The notes: generated by a model not told the origin, from the sequence alone. 64,000 nt of DNA from Coriobacteriia bacterium (GCA_025361885.1 JANYJF010000001.1:5208-69207), one strand, 5' to 3'. Counted from the first letter of the stretch, positions 43,473 to 55,208 are shown. Translations and numbers: made by a program.

Positions 43473-43985
43473 GTGGCGGGTGCGGTGGACGGGCCTGTGG
43501 CGATGACCACGACCTCCGAGGTGCAGACGGCCGAGTTCGGACGCCGGCTGTCGGACCTCCTCGCGCCCGACGATGTTCTGTCGCTGGCCGGCGACCTGGG
43601 TGCGGGCAAGACATGCCTGGTCCAGGGGATCGCGTCGGGGCTGGGCGTGCTCGGTCACGTCGCGAGTCCCACCTTCAATATCCTGCTTGTGCACCACGGG
43701 CGCCTGACGCTCAACCACATGGACCTCTATCGCCTGGACCGCGCGGACCAGCTCGAGGACATCGACTTCTTCGCGACGCTGGAGTCCGGAGGCGTGACCG
43801 CGATCGAGTGGGGCGACAAGTTCCCCGCCTCGATGCCCGACGATCGCCTCGAGATCGCCATCCGCCGCGGCGAGGGAGACGACGACCGGGTGTTCGAGCT
43901 CGACGGGACCGGCCCGCGTTCGGCTGAGCTCGCACGCGCGTGGGCGGACGCATGCTCCGATCCGGGCGGCGGTGGGCGCGCATGA
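43473..43985 (+). CDS. tsaE: tRNA t6A37 biosynthesis ATPase TsaE
   Basis: GDLGAGKTCLVQG P-loop, SPTFNIL, YRL motifs. 170 aa. Confidence 0.9.
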   Translation: MAGAVDGPVAMTTTSEVQTAEFGRRLSDLLAPDDVLSLAGDLGAGKTCLVQGIASGLGVLGHVASPTFNILLVHHGRLTLNHMDLYRLDRADQLEDIDFFATLESGGVTAIEWGDKFPASMPDDRLEIAIRRGEGDDDRVFELDGTGPRSAELARAWADACSDPGGGGRA

Positions 43986-44773
43986 CGCTCGTTCTGGCGA
44001 TCGACACCGCGACCGAGGAGTGCGCCGTCGGCATCGGCGAATGGGACGGCGCCGCCATGACGGTGTTGGGCGAGACGAACCTCGACGTCCCACGCTCGGC
44101 GCTCACGCACGTGGTGCCCGCCATCGACCGGCTGTTGAAGGACTGCGGAGCGCGGATCGACCGGGTGGGTGCCGTCGTGTGCGGGCGCGGACCAGGCTCG
44201 TTCACCGGGGTCCGCATCGGGGTGGCGACCGCCAAGGGCATCGCGAGCGGGCTGGCCGTGCCACTGTACGGTGTCGGTACGCTCGACGCCGTCGCCAGAC
44301 GCTTCGCGGACCACGACACGCTTGTGGGCGTGGTGGGTGACGCCATGCGCAAGGAGGTGTACCCGGCGCTCTTCCGTTGTTCGAGAGGGCGTGTCGAGAG
44401 ATTGGGCGGGTACGAGGTGACGTTGCCGGCGGTCGCCGCGGCGCGGTGGGCGGAGACGGCAGCGGGCGAGGCGATCCTTTTGGCGGGCAACGGCCTCGCA
44501 AAGTACGAGGACGTCTTCATCACGGCACTCGGCGAACGCGCACGGGTGGCACCACGCGACGACTGGACGCCCACCGGCGCCTCTCTGTTGCTGCAGGCGT
44601 ACGCGGGCGCCTCGGCGCCGGAGGGGGCCGGCCCCGAGGCCGGAAGCGGAGACCCGGCCACGCTGCTGCCGATCTACACGCGTCTGTCAGACGCCGAGGA
44701 GGCGGAGCGCGCGCACTGTGGCGAGGGCCTGCCCGCGAGCGGCGTGAGCGGCCCGGGGGGCGGGCGGTCGTGA
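43982..44773 (+). CDS. tsaB: tRNA t6A37 biosynthesis protein TsaB
   Basis: MTLVLAIDTATEECAVGI, GPGSFTGVRIG. ATGA overlap with tsaE. 263 aa. Confidence 0.9.
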   Translation: MTLVLAIDTATEECAVGIGEWDGAAMTVLGETNLDVPRSALTHVVPAIDRLLKDCGARIDRVGAVVCGRGPGSFTGVRIGVATAKGIASGLAVPLYGVGTLDAVARRFADHDTLVGVVGDAMRKEVYPALFRCSRGRVERLGGYEVTLPAVAAARWAETAAGEAILLAGNGLAKYEDVFITALGERARVAPRDDWTPTGASLLLQAYAGASAPEGAGPEAGSGDPATLLPIYTRLSDAEEAERAHCGEGLPASGVSGPGGGRS

Positions 44774-46326
44774 CTACCTGCGTCCGACCCATGCGCGCAT
44801 CCGACCTCGACGCCGTCGTCGCGATAGAGCGCGCGACGTTCCCCACGCCGTGGACGCGTGGCATCTTCATCGGTGAGCTGCTGCAGGGAGAGTCGCGTCG
44901 TTGGACGGTGGTGACGTCGCCCACGGGGATCCTGGGCTACTCGGGCTCGATGCAGGCTGGCGACGAGTCTCACGTGATGAACCTTGCCGTGAGGGCGGAC
45001 GCGCGCGGCTCGGGACTCGGCGCGGCGATGCTGGCCGACCTGATGTCCGATGCGGCGCGGCGCGGCGTGGCCAGGATGACGCTCGAGGTCAGGCCGTCGA
45101 ACGCCTCCGCCATCGCGCTGTACGAGGCCGCCGGCTTCCATGCGGCGGGCGAGCGGCCCGGGTACTACTCGGACACCGGCGAGCCGGCGCTCATCATGTG
45201 GACAGACGAGCTGGACTCGAAGGGCATGCGTGAGCGGATACGCGAGCTCTCCGAGCGCGGGCTGCGGTCCATCTCGAAGCGGGCGGGTAGCGCCGTGTCG
45301 CCCGCTGGCGGGCCGAGGCGTGCGCTCGTTCTTGCCATCGAGAGCAGCTGCGACGAGACCGCGGCGTCCGTCGTCCGCGGCGGGCACGAGGTGCTCTCGA
45401 GCGTGGTGGCAAGCCAAGTGGACTTCCACTCGCGCTTCGGCGGCGTGGTTCCCGAGATCGCGAGCCGCAAGCACACCGAGGCGATAGTGGGCGTGGTGGA
45501 CCAAGCACTGACGGACGCGGGCGTGGGCCTCGGCGACCTCGACGCCATCGGCGTCACATACGGACCCGGACTCGTGGGAGCGCTGGTGGTCGGCGTCGCC
45601 TACGCGAAGGGGTTGGCGCTGGCCACGGGCCTTCCGCTCGTCGGGGTCAACCACCTCGAAGGTCACCTCTTCGCCAACAACCTGGCGGACCCCACCGTGG
45701 AGCCGCCGCTCGTGGCACTCATCGTGTCTGGAGGCCACACGTCGCTCGTGCATGTGCCCGCATGGGGCATCTACCACACCCTCGGCTCCACGCTCGACGA
45801 CGCGGCAGGCGAGGCGTTCGACAAGGTGGCGAAGCTCCTGGGTCTCGGCTACCCCGGCGGCCCGGCGATATCCTCACTCGCGAAGATGGGGGACCCCGCC
45901 GCGATCGCGTTTCCTCGCGCGATGATCAATTCGGGCGACTACGATTTCTCGCTCTCGGGACTGAAGACCGCGGTACTCACATACGTGGATCGCGAAAGGA
46001 AGGCGGGACGCGAGATCCACGCTCCGGATCTCGCCGCTTCGTTCCAAGCGGCGGTCATCGACGTGCAGGTGTTCAAGGCCGTGCGTGCGGCCGAGGAGTT
46101 CGGTGTCACCATGTTCTGCCTGGCCGGCGGCGTCGCCGCCAATCCGGCTCTGCGAGACGCCCTGCGAGTGGCGCTGGCCGCCCACGGCGTCCGGCTCTCG
46201 GTGCCGCCGTTCGAGCTCTGCACCGACAATGCCGCGATGATCGCGGCAGCGGCGAACTTCCGATTCCTGCGAGGAGAGCGGCTGGGGCTCGACGCCGAGG
46301 CGGTCCCGGACCTGTCGCTCAGCTGA
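44770..46326 (+). CDS. rimI-tsaD: Fusion protein: ribosomal-protein-alanine N-acetyltransferase RimI (N-terminal) + tRNA N6-adenosine threonylcarbamoyltransferase TsaD (C-terminal)
   Basis: Single uninterrupted frame of 518 aa. GNAT region (IRPMRASDLDAVVAIE...RGSGLG...LEVRPSNASAIALYEAAGF), a roughly 40-aa linker, then TsaD (LAIESSCDETAASVV...GVNHLEGHL...GGVAAN). GTGA overlap with tsaB. Confidence 0.9.
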   Translation: MTTCVRPMRASDLDAVVAIERATFPTPWTRGIFIGELLQGESRRWTVVTSPTGILGYSGSMQAGDESHVMNLAVRADARGSGLGAAMLADLMSDAARRGVARMTLEVRPSNASAIALYEAAGFHAAGERPGYYSDTGEPALIMWTDELDSKGMRERIRELSERGLRSISKRAGSAVSPAGGPRRALVLAIESSCDETAASVVRGGHEVLSSVVASQVDFHSRFGGVVPEIASRKHTEAIVGVVDQALTDAGVGLGDLDAIGVTYGPGLVGALVVGVAYAKGLALATGLPLVGVNHLEGHLFANNLADPTVEPPLVALIVSGGHTSLVHVPAWGIYHTLGSTLDDAAGEAFDKVAKLLGLGYPGGPAISSLAKMGDPAAIAFPRAMINSGDYDFSLSGLKTAVLTYVDRERKAGREIHAPDLAASFQAAVIDVQVFKAVRAAEEFGVTMFCLAGGVAANPALRDALRVALAAHGVRLSVPPFELCTDNAAMIAAAANFRFLRGERLGLDAEAVPDLSLS

Positions 46327-46398
46327 ATCCGGGCCAGCCATCCCAATCAATCTCAGCGCGCCTGCATCACATTCCATGAGAACACCCTGCTCAGGGGA

Positions 46399-46427
46399 TT
46401 GAAGCCGACGTCCGCCTTCGCTATCAT
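46399..46427 (+). promoter_or_regulatory. sigma-70-type promoter of groES-groEL (TTGAAG, 17-nt spacer, TATCAT)
   Basis: Hexamers and exact 17-nt spacing read directly. Lies immediately upstream of the CIRCE element. Confidence 0.65.
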
Positions 46428-46437
46428 CCATCGAGGG

Positions 46438-46464
46438 TTAGCAGTCTCCATGCGTGAGTGCTAG
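46438..46464 (+). promoter_or_regulatory. CIRCE operator (HrcA binding site)
   Basis: TTAGCAGTC-N9-GAGTGCTAG versus consensus TTAGCACTC-N9-GAGTGCTAA (2 mismatches in 18). Lies 10 nt after the -10 box and 120 nt upstream of groES. Confidence 0.85.
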
Positions 46465-46583
46465 ACTCCGCCGGGCGAGGGTATCAACCCGATGCGGCAG
46501 ATCGCGAGCGCCGAAGCGCGCACGACAGCGTCGGCGCCCGCCGCGTCAAGAAGGCACACGTCGAGCAAGCAGGAGGGCAGGGC

Positions 46584-46871
46584 ATGAATCTCAAGCCATT
46601 GGGCGACCGCGTGGTCGTCAAGCCGAGCGAGGCAGAGACCCAGACGCAGTCGGGTCTGTTCATCCCGGACACCGCGAAGGAGAAGCCCCAGAAGGGCACC
46701 GTCGTGGCCGCGGGCGAAGGACGCTGGGAGGACGGCAAGCGCATCCCGCTGGACGTCAAGGCGGGCGACGTCGTCATCTACAGCAAGTACGGCGGAACTG
46801 AGATCAAGGTCGAAGGCACGGATCACCTGATCCTGTCCGAGCGTGACATCCTCGCCATCGTCGAGGAGTAG
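46584..46871 (+). CDS. groES: Co-chaperonin GroES
   Basis: [21 protein letters not shown], 95 aa. Confidence 0.96.
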   Translation: MNLKPLGDRVVVKPSEAETQTQSGLFIPDTAKEKPQKGTVVAAGEGRWEDGKRIPLDVKAGDVVIYSKYGGTEIKVEGTDHLILSERDILAIVEE

Positions 46872-46882
46872 GAACCAGCTGA

Positions 46883-48568
<1,686 letters not shown>

Positions 48569-48603
48569 GCGCTCATCTTGGCGCCGGTGCTGACAGCATC
48601 GCA

Positions 48604-48646
48604 GCCGAAGGGGCCCCGCGCGATCCTTGCGCGGGGCCCCTTCGGC
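48604..48646 (+). terminator. Strong terminator hairpin after groEL (perfect 18-bp stem, 7-nt loop, followed by TGTT)
   Basis: GCCGAAGGGGCCCCGCGC-GATCCTT-GCGCGGGGCCCCTTCGGC read directly. Confidence 0.7.
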
Positions 48647-48730
48647 TGTTCGCGACACGGTGGACGACCTGCGGTGCCGCGCGGCTGCGAACCGCTAGAA
48701 TGGAGCAGTCTCAAGGCCGCGAGGGGGACT

Positions 48731-49897
48731 ATGCGCATCCTGATGGTGACCAACACGTACCTGCCGGCGCGCAACGGCGTCGCGGCGGTCGTGTCATTGT
48801 ATGTTCGAGAATTGCGGGAGATCGGGCACGACGTGCACGTGCTCACCTACGAGCATCCTCGCCGGACGGAGCGGATGCCCGGTGTGCACGAGGTGCCGTC
48901 GTGGGTCGGCTTGGACGCGGAGTTCAAGGTCGGCCCGGCATGGCGGCTGCCGGAGGGCGTGCGCGAGCGGACGTTCGACGTCGTGCACGTCCATCACCCG
49001 GTCCTGCTGGGCGCAGCCGGGGTCGAGTTCGCACGGGCCGCCGGCTCGCCCGTCGTCTTCACCTGCCACTCGAATCACACCGACTATCTCGACGAGTACG
49101 GCTGGGGTCTGCTCAGGCCTTTCAAGGGGATGCTGGCGTTCCGTATCGCCCGCGTCGTCAACCAGTGCGATGTGGCGCTGGCGCCGTCGACGCATGTGGC
49201 CGCCGAGATGGAGCGATGGGGCGTGGTCACCGACATCGAGATGCTCGAGGCGGCGGCCGACACGACCCGCGTTCCCCCCATGCCACGCGAGGCCGCCCGC
49301 GAGCGACTCGGCCTCCGGCCCGACGAACCGGTGGCGCTGTACGTAGGCCGGATCTCGAAGGAGAAGCGCGTGGACCGGCTCGTGGAGGAGTTCGCGCTGG
49401 CGGTCGGTCAGGTCCCCGGCGCACGGCTGGTGCTGGCGGGGGACGGGGACCAGACGGCCGCGGTACACCGCCGCGCCCGCGCCCTCGGCGTGGACGCGGC
49501 GGTCACCGCGCTGCCGGGACTCGACGGCTCGGAGCTCGGCGCATGGTACTCGGCGGCCGACGTGCTCACGAGCGCATCGCAGTCCGAGACCGGGCCTCTC
49601 ATCGTGGTCGAGGCGATGGCGTGCGGAACGCCGAGCGTGGCGTACGACGCGCCGGGCTTCGAGGACAGGATCGTCGACGGTGTCAACGGTCTGCTGGTGC
49701 CGTGCGAACGTGGTGCACTCGGCGCGGGGCTTGCGCGCGTGCTCGGCGACCCAGCGCTTCGCGGGCGCCTCTCGGTGGGGGCGCACGAACGAGCCGGTGA
49801 GTACACGCCAGCCGCGGTCATCGGTCGACTGGAGGCCTGTTACGCCGGGCTCGTTGCGGATACACTCCCACGGGGCACGAGCGCGCCCCCCGCCTGA
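48731..49897 (+). CDS. Glycosyltransferase family 4 (GT-B)
   Basis: MRILMVTNTYLPARNGVA N-terminus. C-terminal E-x7-E-type region SETGPLIVVEAMACGTPSV. 388 aa. Confidence 0.85.
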   Translation: MRILMVTNTYLPARNGVAAVVSLYVRELREIGHDVHVLTYEHPRRTERMPGVHEVPSWVGLDAEFKVGPAWRLPEGVRERTFDVVHVHHPVLLGAAGVEFARAAGSPVVFTCHSNHTDYLDEYGWGLLRPFKGMLAFRIARVVNQCDVALAPSTHVAAEMERWGVVTDIEMLEAAADTTRVPPMPREAARERLGLRPDEPVALYVGRISKEKRVDRLVEEFALAVGQVPGARLVLAGDGDQTAAVHRRARALGVDAAVTALPGLDGSELGAWYSAADVLTSASQSETGPLIVVEAMACGTPSVAYDAPGFEDRIVDGVNGLLVPCERGALGAGLARVLGDPALRGRLSVGAHERAGEYTPAAVIGRLEACYAGLVADTLPRGTSAPPA

Positions 49898-49923
49898 CCC
49901 TCTCGGATCGAGGAGCTTGTCCT

Positions 49924-50988
49924 GTGTCGCTCTCCATCGGCATCGTCGGTCTTCCCAACGTCGGCAAATCCACGTTGTTCATCGCGCTGACCCGCAAGCA
50001 GGTCGACGCCTCCAACTACCCCTTCGCCACCATCGAGCCGAACGTCGGCGTCGTGGCGGTCCCCGACCCGCGCCTCGACCGGCTCGCCGAGCTCGTGCAT
50101 CCGCACAGGATCATGCCGGCCGCGGTGGAATTCGTCGACATCGCTGGTCTCGTCAAAGGTGCGAACGAGGGCGAGGGCCTGGGTAATCAGTTCCTCGCCA
50201 ACATCCGGGAGACCGACGCCATCTGCGAGGTCGTCCGCTACTTCTCCGATCCGAATGTGATCCACGTGGACGGGAAGGTGGATCCCGCGAGCGACGTCGA
50301 GACGATCCGCACCGAGCTCGTCCTCGCCGACCTCGGCACCGTGGAGAGGGCGATCCCACGCCTGGAACGCGATTCCAAACGCGACAAGTCGCTCGAGGCC
50401 AAGCTGGCCGCGGCGCGGCGGGTCTACGAGTGGATGAGCGCGGGACATCGCGCCGCCCGCATGGAGATGTCCGATGCGGAGCGAGAGGCGCTTCGCGACC
50501 TGCACCTGCTCACCATGAAGCCGATGCTGTACATCGCCAACGTGGACGAGGACGCGCTGCTCACGCCGCTGCCCGCCATCGACGGCGTGGAACCCATCCG
50601 CATCTGCGCCAAGGTCGAGGCCGACGTCGCGGAGCTCGACGCCGCCGAGGCCGCCGAGTATCTCGCGGAGAGCGGACTCGACGAGCCGGGGCTCAACACG
50701 CTCATCCGCGAGGCGTACCGGCTGCTTGGCCTGCAGAGCTACTTCACAGCGGGCGAGAAGGAGGTCCGCGCGTGGACCGTTCGCGTCGGCGCGAAGGCGC
50801 CCGAGGCGGCAGGCGTGATCCACTCGGACTTCGAGCGGGGTTTCATCCGCGCCGAGGTCATCGCGTATCCCGACTACGATTCGATGGAGACCGAGGCCGC
50901 GGTCAAGGCCGCGGGCAGGCTGCGCGTCGAGGGCAAGGACTACGTCGTCGCGGACGGCGATGTGATGCATTTCCGCTTCAACGTGTGA
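49924..50988 (+). CDS. ychF: Redox-regulated ATPase YchF
   Basis: [15 protein letters not shown]-terminal TGS region [11 protein letters not shown]. 354 aa, GTG start. Confidence 0.94.
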   Translation: MSLSIGIVGLPNVGKSTLFIALTRKQVDASNYPFATIEPNVGVVAVPDPRLDRLAELVHPHRIMPAAVEFVDIAGLVKGANEGEGLGNQFLANIRETDAICEVVRYFSDPNVIHVDGKVDPASDVETIRTELVLADLGTVERAIPRLERDSKRDKSLEAKLAAARRVYEWMSAGHRAARMEMSDAEREALRDLHLLTMKPMLYIANVDEDALLTPLPAIDGVEPIRICAKVEADVAELDAAEAAEYLAESGLDEPGLNTLIREAYRLLGLQSYFTAGEKEVRAWTVRVGAKAPEAAGVIHSDFERGFIRAEVIAYPDYDSMETEAAVKAAGRLRVEGKDYVVADGDVMHFRFNV

Positions 50989-51100
50989 GGCGTGTCACGA
51001 CACACGCCGGGCCGGGCTCGCTGCGCGGTTTCGCGTTGACCCCCACCACGCCCTGCGCTACCCTTGCAACACCCCGCACGCCCCTGCGGAACCCTTGAGT

Positions 51101-51127
51101 CAGCAGCAGTCGCAGCAGTCGCAGCAG
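51101..51127. repeat. Short intergenic trinucleotide/9-mer repeat (CAG)3-TCG-(CAG)2-TCG-(CAG)2
   Basis: Read directly in the ychF-guaB3 spacer. Confidence 0.8.
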
Positions 51128-51248
51128 ATGTACAGACCAGGCGCATCCGACCCCTGTCGAGGGCCACGGGACGCACCTGGTCTTTGTGGTATCAAGAGGG
51201 ACCGCGCTACGACTTCATATAGCAGTTCCGGAGCACACAGGAGGATCC

Positions 51249-52421
51249 ATGGAGATCGAGATCGGACGCGGCAAGACAGCACGGCGAGGATACGGATTCG
51301 ACGATATCGCCATCGTTCCGTCGCGCCGCACGCGTGACCCGCGCGACGTGGACATCCACTGGGAGTTCGCGTACCGGGGCCGCTCGTACAGCTTCCCGCT
51401 GCCGATCCTCGCCTCCGCGATGGACGGCGTGGTGGACCCCGCCTTCGCTGCTACGATGGGAAAGCTCGGCGGCCTGGCCGTCCTCAACCTCGAGGGGATC
51501 CAGACCCGCTATGCCGACGCCGCCACGCAGCTCGACGTCATCGCCTCGCTCGAGAAGGACGAAGCGACGTCCAGGATGCAGGAGATCTACAAAGAGCCGG
51601 TCAAGGCTGAGCTCATCACCCAGCGCGTTCGCGAGATCAAGGACGGCGGTGTCCTTGCTGCCGCTTCGCTGACCCCGCAGAACTGCGAGCGCTACATCGA
51701 GGCCGCGCTCGCCGGCGGGCTCGACCTCCTCGTCATCCAGGGCACGGTCGTGAGCGCCGAGCACGTCTCGAGCTACGACAAGCCGCTGGACCTGAGCGCC
51801 TTCATCGCCGGTCTCGACATCCCGGTCATCGTCGGCGGCTGCTGCTCGTACTCCGGCGCGCTGCACCTGATGCGCACCGGCGCCATCGGCGTGCTCGTGG
51901 GCGTGGGCCCGGGCCACGCTTGCACGTCGCGCAGGGTGCTCGGCATCGGCGTCCCGCAGGGCACCGCGATCGCCGACGCCGCGGCCGCTCGCATGCGCCA
52001 CCTCGACGAGACCGGCACCTACTGCCACGTCATCGCAGACGGCGGCATGCGCACCGGCGGCGACCTGGCCAAGGCCATCGCCGTGGGCGCCGACTCCATC
52101 ATGATCGGCTCGCCGCTGTCCTCGGCTTCCGAGGCCCCCGGCCGCGGCTACCACTGGGGCATGGCGACGTTCCACCCCGACCTTCCGCGCGGCACCCGCG
52201 TCCGCTCCGGTGTGAAGGGCACGCTCGAGGATATCCTGGTGGGTCCGGCGCACGAGAACGACGGCACCCTCAACCTCTGCGGCGGACTTCGCACCTCGAT
52301 GGCGACCTGTGGCTACGAGAACCTCAAGACGTTCCAGAAGGCCGAGGTCATGGTCGCGCCGTCACTGCAGACCGAAGGCAAGGTGCTGCAGCAGGCGCAG
52401 GGCGTCGGGATGGGCCGCTAG
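51249..52421 (+). CDS. IMP dehydrogenase/GMP reductase-family protein lacking a CBS pair (GuaB3-like)
   Basis: 390 aa. [34 protein letters not shown] (Cys loop), [26 protein letters not shown]. No roughly 120-aa CBS insertion. Confidence 0.8.
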   Translation: MEIEIGRGKTARRGYGFDDIAIVPSRRTRDPRDVDIHWEFAYRGRSYSFPLPILASAMDGVVDPAFAATMGKLGGLAVLNLEGIQTRYADAATQLDVIASLEKDEATSRMQEIYKEPVKAELITQRVREIKDGGVLAAASLTPQNCERYIEAALAGGLDLLVIQGTVVSAEHVSSYDKPLDLSAFIAGLDIPVIVGGCCSYSGALHLMRTGAIGVLVGVGPGHACTSRRVLGIGVPQGTAIADAAAARMRHLDETGTYCHVIADGGMRTGGDLAKAIAVGADSIMIGSPLSSASEAPGRGYHWGMATFHPDLPRGTRVRSGVKGTLEDILVGPAHENDGTLNLCGGLRTSMATCGYENLKTFQKAEVMVAPSLQTEGKVLQQAQGVGMGR

Positions 52422-52422
52422 C

Positions 52423-53985
52423 GTGCCGGTGGATCAGCATGCCAGCCAGCCCACGGTGCTGGTGGTCGACTTCGGCGCACAGTACGCGCAACTCATCGCC
52501 CGCCGAGTCCGTGAGGCGCGCGTCTACTCCGAGATCGTGCCGTACGACATCACGGTCGAGGAGATCGAGCGCCGCGCACCCGCGGCGCTCATCCTGTCCG
52601 GCGGGCCTGCGAGCGTCTTCGCCGAGGGCGCGCCGCACATGGACCCTCGGATACTGACGCTCGGCATCCCGATCCTGGGGCTGTGTTACGGCATCCAGGA
52701 GATGGCCCTCCAGCTCGGTGGCGAGATCCCCAAGACGGATGTCGGCGAGTACGGGTCCGCGAAGCTGACCGTGACCGGGCCGGGCTCGTCGCTGTTCGCC
52801 GGCCTGCCGGGCGAGCAACAGGTGTGGATGAGCCACCGCGACTCGGTGGGCACCGCGCCCGCGGGCTTCACCGTCACGGCGTGCACCGACACGACCGGCA
52901 TCGCCGCCATGGAGGACCCGTCGCGCAAGCTGTACGCGACGCAGTTCCATCCGGAGGTCGCGCACACGACGCACGGCCAGGAGATCCTCAAGCGCTTCCT
53001 GTACGACGTCGCGGGCATCGCCCCAACGTGGACCATGGTCAACGTCATCGACGAGGCCGTCGCCGACATCCGCGAGCGAGTGGGCGGAGCCAAGGTCATC
53101 TGTGGCCTGTCCGGCGGCGTGGACAGCTCCGTGGTCGCGGCATTGGTGCACCGCGCCATCGGAGACCAGCTGACGTGTGTCTTCGTCGACCACGGTCTTC
53201 TCCGGTTGGACGAGGGCGAAGAGGTCGTGCGCGTGTTCCGGGACCAGTTCCAAGTCGATCTCGTCCACGTGCAGGCGCAGGAGCGGTATCTGGACCTGCT
53301 GGCCGGCGTGACCGACCCGGAGCGCAAGCGCCACATCATCGGCGAGGAGTTCTGGAAGACGTTCTTCGAGGAGGCCACCAAGCTCGAGGGTGTGCGATTC
53401 CTCGCGCAGGGGACGCTGTACCCGGACCTCATCGAGTCGGGCGGCCGGGGAGCCAAGGCCACAGCGAAGATAAAGAGCCATCACAACCTCATCCCGTTCC
53501 CTGCCGGGGTGCACTTCGACCTGATCGAGCCGCTCAAGGCGCTGTTCAAGGACGAGGTCCGTGCGGTGGGCTCCGAGCTCGGCCTGCCCGACGAGATCGT
53601 GCACCGGCAGCCGTTCCCTGGGCCGGGCCTGGCTGTCCGCATCATCGGCGACGTCACAGCGGAGCGGCTGGACATCCTGCGCCGCGCCGACGCCATCGTT
53701 CGCGAGGAGATCGGCGCGTGGGACACCGACCGCGGCGTGTGGCAGTACTTTGCGGTGCTGCCCGCCATCCGCTCGGTCGGCGTCCAGGGCGACGAGCGAA
53801 CGTACGCACACCCGATCATCATCCGCGCGGTGGCTTCCGCCGACGCCATGACGGCCGACTGGGCGCGCTTGCCTCACGAGCTGCTCGCCACCATGTCGAA
53901 CCGCATCATCAACGAGGTCGAGGGTGTCAACCGCGTGGCCTACGACATCACGTCCAAGCCGCCGGGCACCATAGAGTGGGAATAG
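52423..53985 (+). CDS. guaA: GMP synthase (glutamine-hydrolysing)
   Basis: GATase LGLCYG / QFHPE, ATP-PPase SGGVDSSV, ends [11 protein letters not shown] start 1 nt after the upstream stop (a GTG at 52429 is an alternative). Confidence 0.95.
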   Translation: MPVDQHASQPTVLVVDFGAQYAQLIARRVREARVYSEIVPYDITVEEIERRAPAALILSGGPASVFAEGAPHMDPRILTLGIPILGLCYGIQEMALQLGGEIPKTDVGEYGSAKLTVTGPGSSLFAGLPGEQQVWMSHRDSVGTAPAGFTVTACTDTTGIAAMEDPSRKLYATQFHPEVAHTTHGQEILKRFLYDVAGIAPTWTMVNVIDEAVADIRERVGGAKVICGLSGGVDSSVVAALVHRAIGDQLTCVFVDHGLLRLDEGEEVVRVFRDQFQVDLVHVQAQERYLDLLAGVTDPERKRHIIGEEFWKTFFEEATKLEGVRFLAQGTLYPDLIESGGRGAKATAKIKSHHNLIPFPAGVHFDLIEPLKALFKDEVRAVGSELGLPDEIVHRQPFPGPGLAVRIIGDVTAERLDILRRADAIVREEIGAWDTDRGVWQYFAVLPAIRSVGVQGDERTYAHPIIIRAVASADAMTADWARLPHELLATMSNRIINEVEGVNRVAYDITSKPPGTIEWE

Positions 53986-54000
53986 TCCGAGTGGCGACAC

Positions 54001-54033
54001 ACGCCGGCCGCACCCCATCAGGGAAGCCGGCGT
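54001..54033 (+). terminator. Hairpin after guaA (8-bp stem ACGCCGGC/GCCGGCGT, 17-nt loop, then CTTTG)
   Basis: Read directly. The loop is large. Confidence 0.4.
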
Positions 54034-54076
54034 CTTTGACGCGCGGCGGCGAAGACCACCGAGGAAGGGCGCGGAC

Positions 54077-54352
54077 ATGACGGATGTGAGCAAGGACGCC
54101 GGCGAGCGCATCGCCGAGCTTCGGCATGAGATCGACGACATCGACTGCCATATCGTCGGGCTGCTCAATGAGCGGGCCGAGAGGTCGCTCGCCATCCGCG
54201 ATCTGAAGCCGGCCATGCAATGGTCGCTGTACGATCCGAAACGCGAGGAGGAGATCTTCGCGAACCTCGCCAGGTGCAACAAGGGCCCGCTGTATTCCGA
54301 GAGCCTTCGCGAGATCTTCGGGTCGATCCTGCACGTCATGAAGGAGCTGTGA
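54077..54352 (+). CDS. Chorismate mutase (AroQ type)
   Basis: 91 aa, [26 protein letters not shown]...DPKREEEI. Confidence 0.88.
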   Translation: MTDVSKDAGERIAELRHEIDDIDCHIVGLLNERAERSLAIRDLKPAMQWSLYDPKREEEIFANLARCNKGPLYSESLREIFGSILHVMKEL

Positions 54353-55140
54353 GCACCGCGATGGACGCGCGAGGCGTCGTACGGCGCGATGGGCCGGTCA
54401 CGATCATGGCGGGGCCGTGTTCCATCGAGAGCCGCGAACAGACCATGGAGGTCGCCGCGGTCTGCGCGGAGCTCGGCATCCACGTGCTGCGTGGCGGGGC
54501 GTACAAGCCGCGCAGCTCCCCGTACGCCTTCCAAGGCCTCGAAGAGGAGGGCCTGAAGATCCTCAAGGAGGCCGGCGAGCGGTATGGGCTGATGACGTGC
54601 ACGGAGGTCGTGGACTCCGCGCATGCCGAGACCGTCGCCTCCTACGTGGACATCCTCCAGATCGGCACGCGCAACATGGCGAACTTCTCCCTGCTCAAGA
54701 AGATCGGCGCGGTGACGGCCGACAGCGGTAAGCCGGTGCTGTTCAAGCGCGGCATGGCCGCGACGATCGAGGAGTGGCTGGCCGCCAGCGAGTACATCAC
54801 GATGCACAACCCGAACGTCATCCTGTGCGAGCGAGGCATCCGCACCTTCGAGACCTCCACGCGCTTCACGCTGGATATCACCGCGGTGCCGGTGGTCCAT
54901 AAGCTCTCCATGCTGCCCATCATCGTCGACGTCTCGCACCCATGCGGGCAGGCGGACCTCGTGCCCGCGGTGGCCCGGGCGGCGGTCGCGGTCGGCGCGG
55001 ACGGGATCATGGTCGAAGCGCACCCGGACCCGCGGCATGCGCTCTCGGACGGACCGCAATCGCTCGACCTTGCAGGACTCAGGGCACTGATCGCCGAACT
55101 CACTCCGGTGGCGGGGTCCGTCGGGCGATACTTGGGTTAG
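54349..55140 (+). CDS. 3-deoxy-7-phosphoheptulonate (DAHP) synthase, type I-beta
   Basis: GPCSIES...[18 protein letters not shown]...KRG...DVSH motifs. GTGA overlap with the chorismate mutase gene (an ATG at 54361 is an alternative start). Confidence 0.9.
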   Translation: MSTAMDARGVVRRDGPVTIMAGPCSIESREQTMEVAAVCAELGIHVLRGGAYKPRSSPYAFQGLEEEGLKILKEAGERYGLMTCTEVVDSAHAETVASYVDILQIGTRNMANFSLLKKIGAVTADSGKPVLFKRGMAATIEEWLAASEYITMHNPNVILCERGIRTFETSTRFTLDITAVPVVHKLSMLPIIVDVSHPCGQADLVPAVARAAVAVGADGIMVEAHPDPRHALSDGPQSLDLAGLRALIAELTPVAGSVGRYLG

Positions 55141-55208
55141 GACATGCGGGAGTCGAGATCCATCGGCGACATCCACGCAGGCCAGGGGGCGCGTCTGTGT
55201 CAGACCAG

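Noticed and set aside
50989-51248. Possible purine-, ZTP- or PRPP-type riboswitch upstream of the guaB3-like/guaA genes
   Set aside because: I compared by eye with the conserved cores I remember (the purine three-way junction U-rich loops; ZTP GGGUCGUGACUGGCG...CCGCCUGGGC; ykkC-type) and found no match. Only generic GC pairings and the CAG repeat are present.
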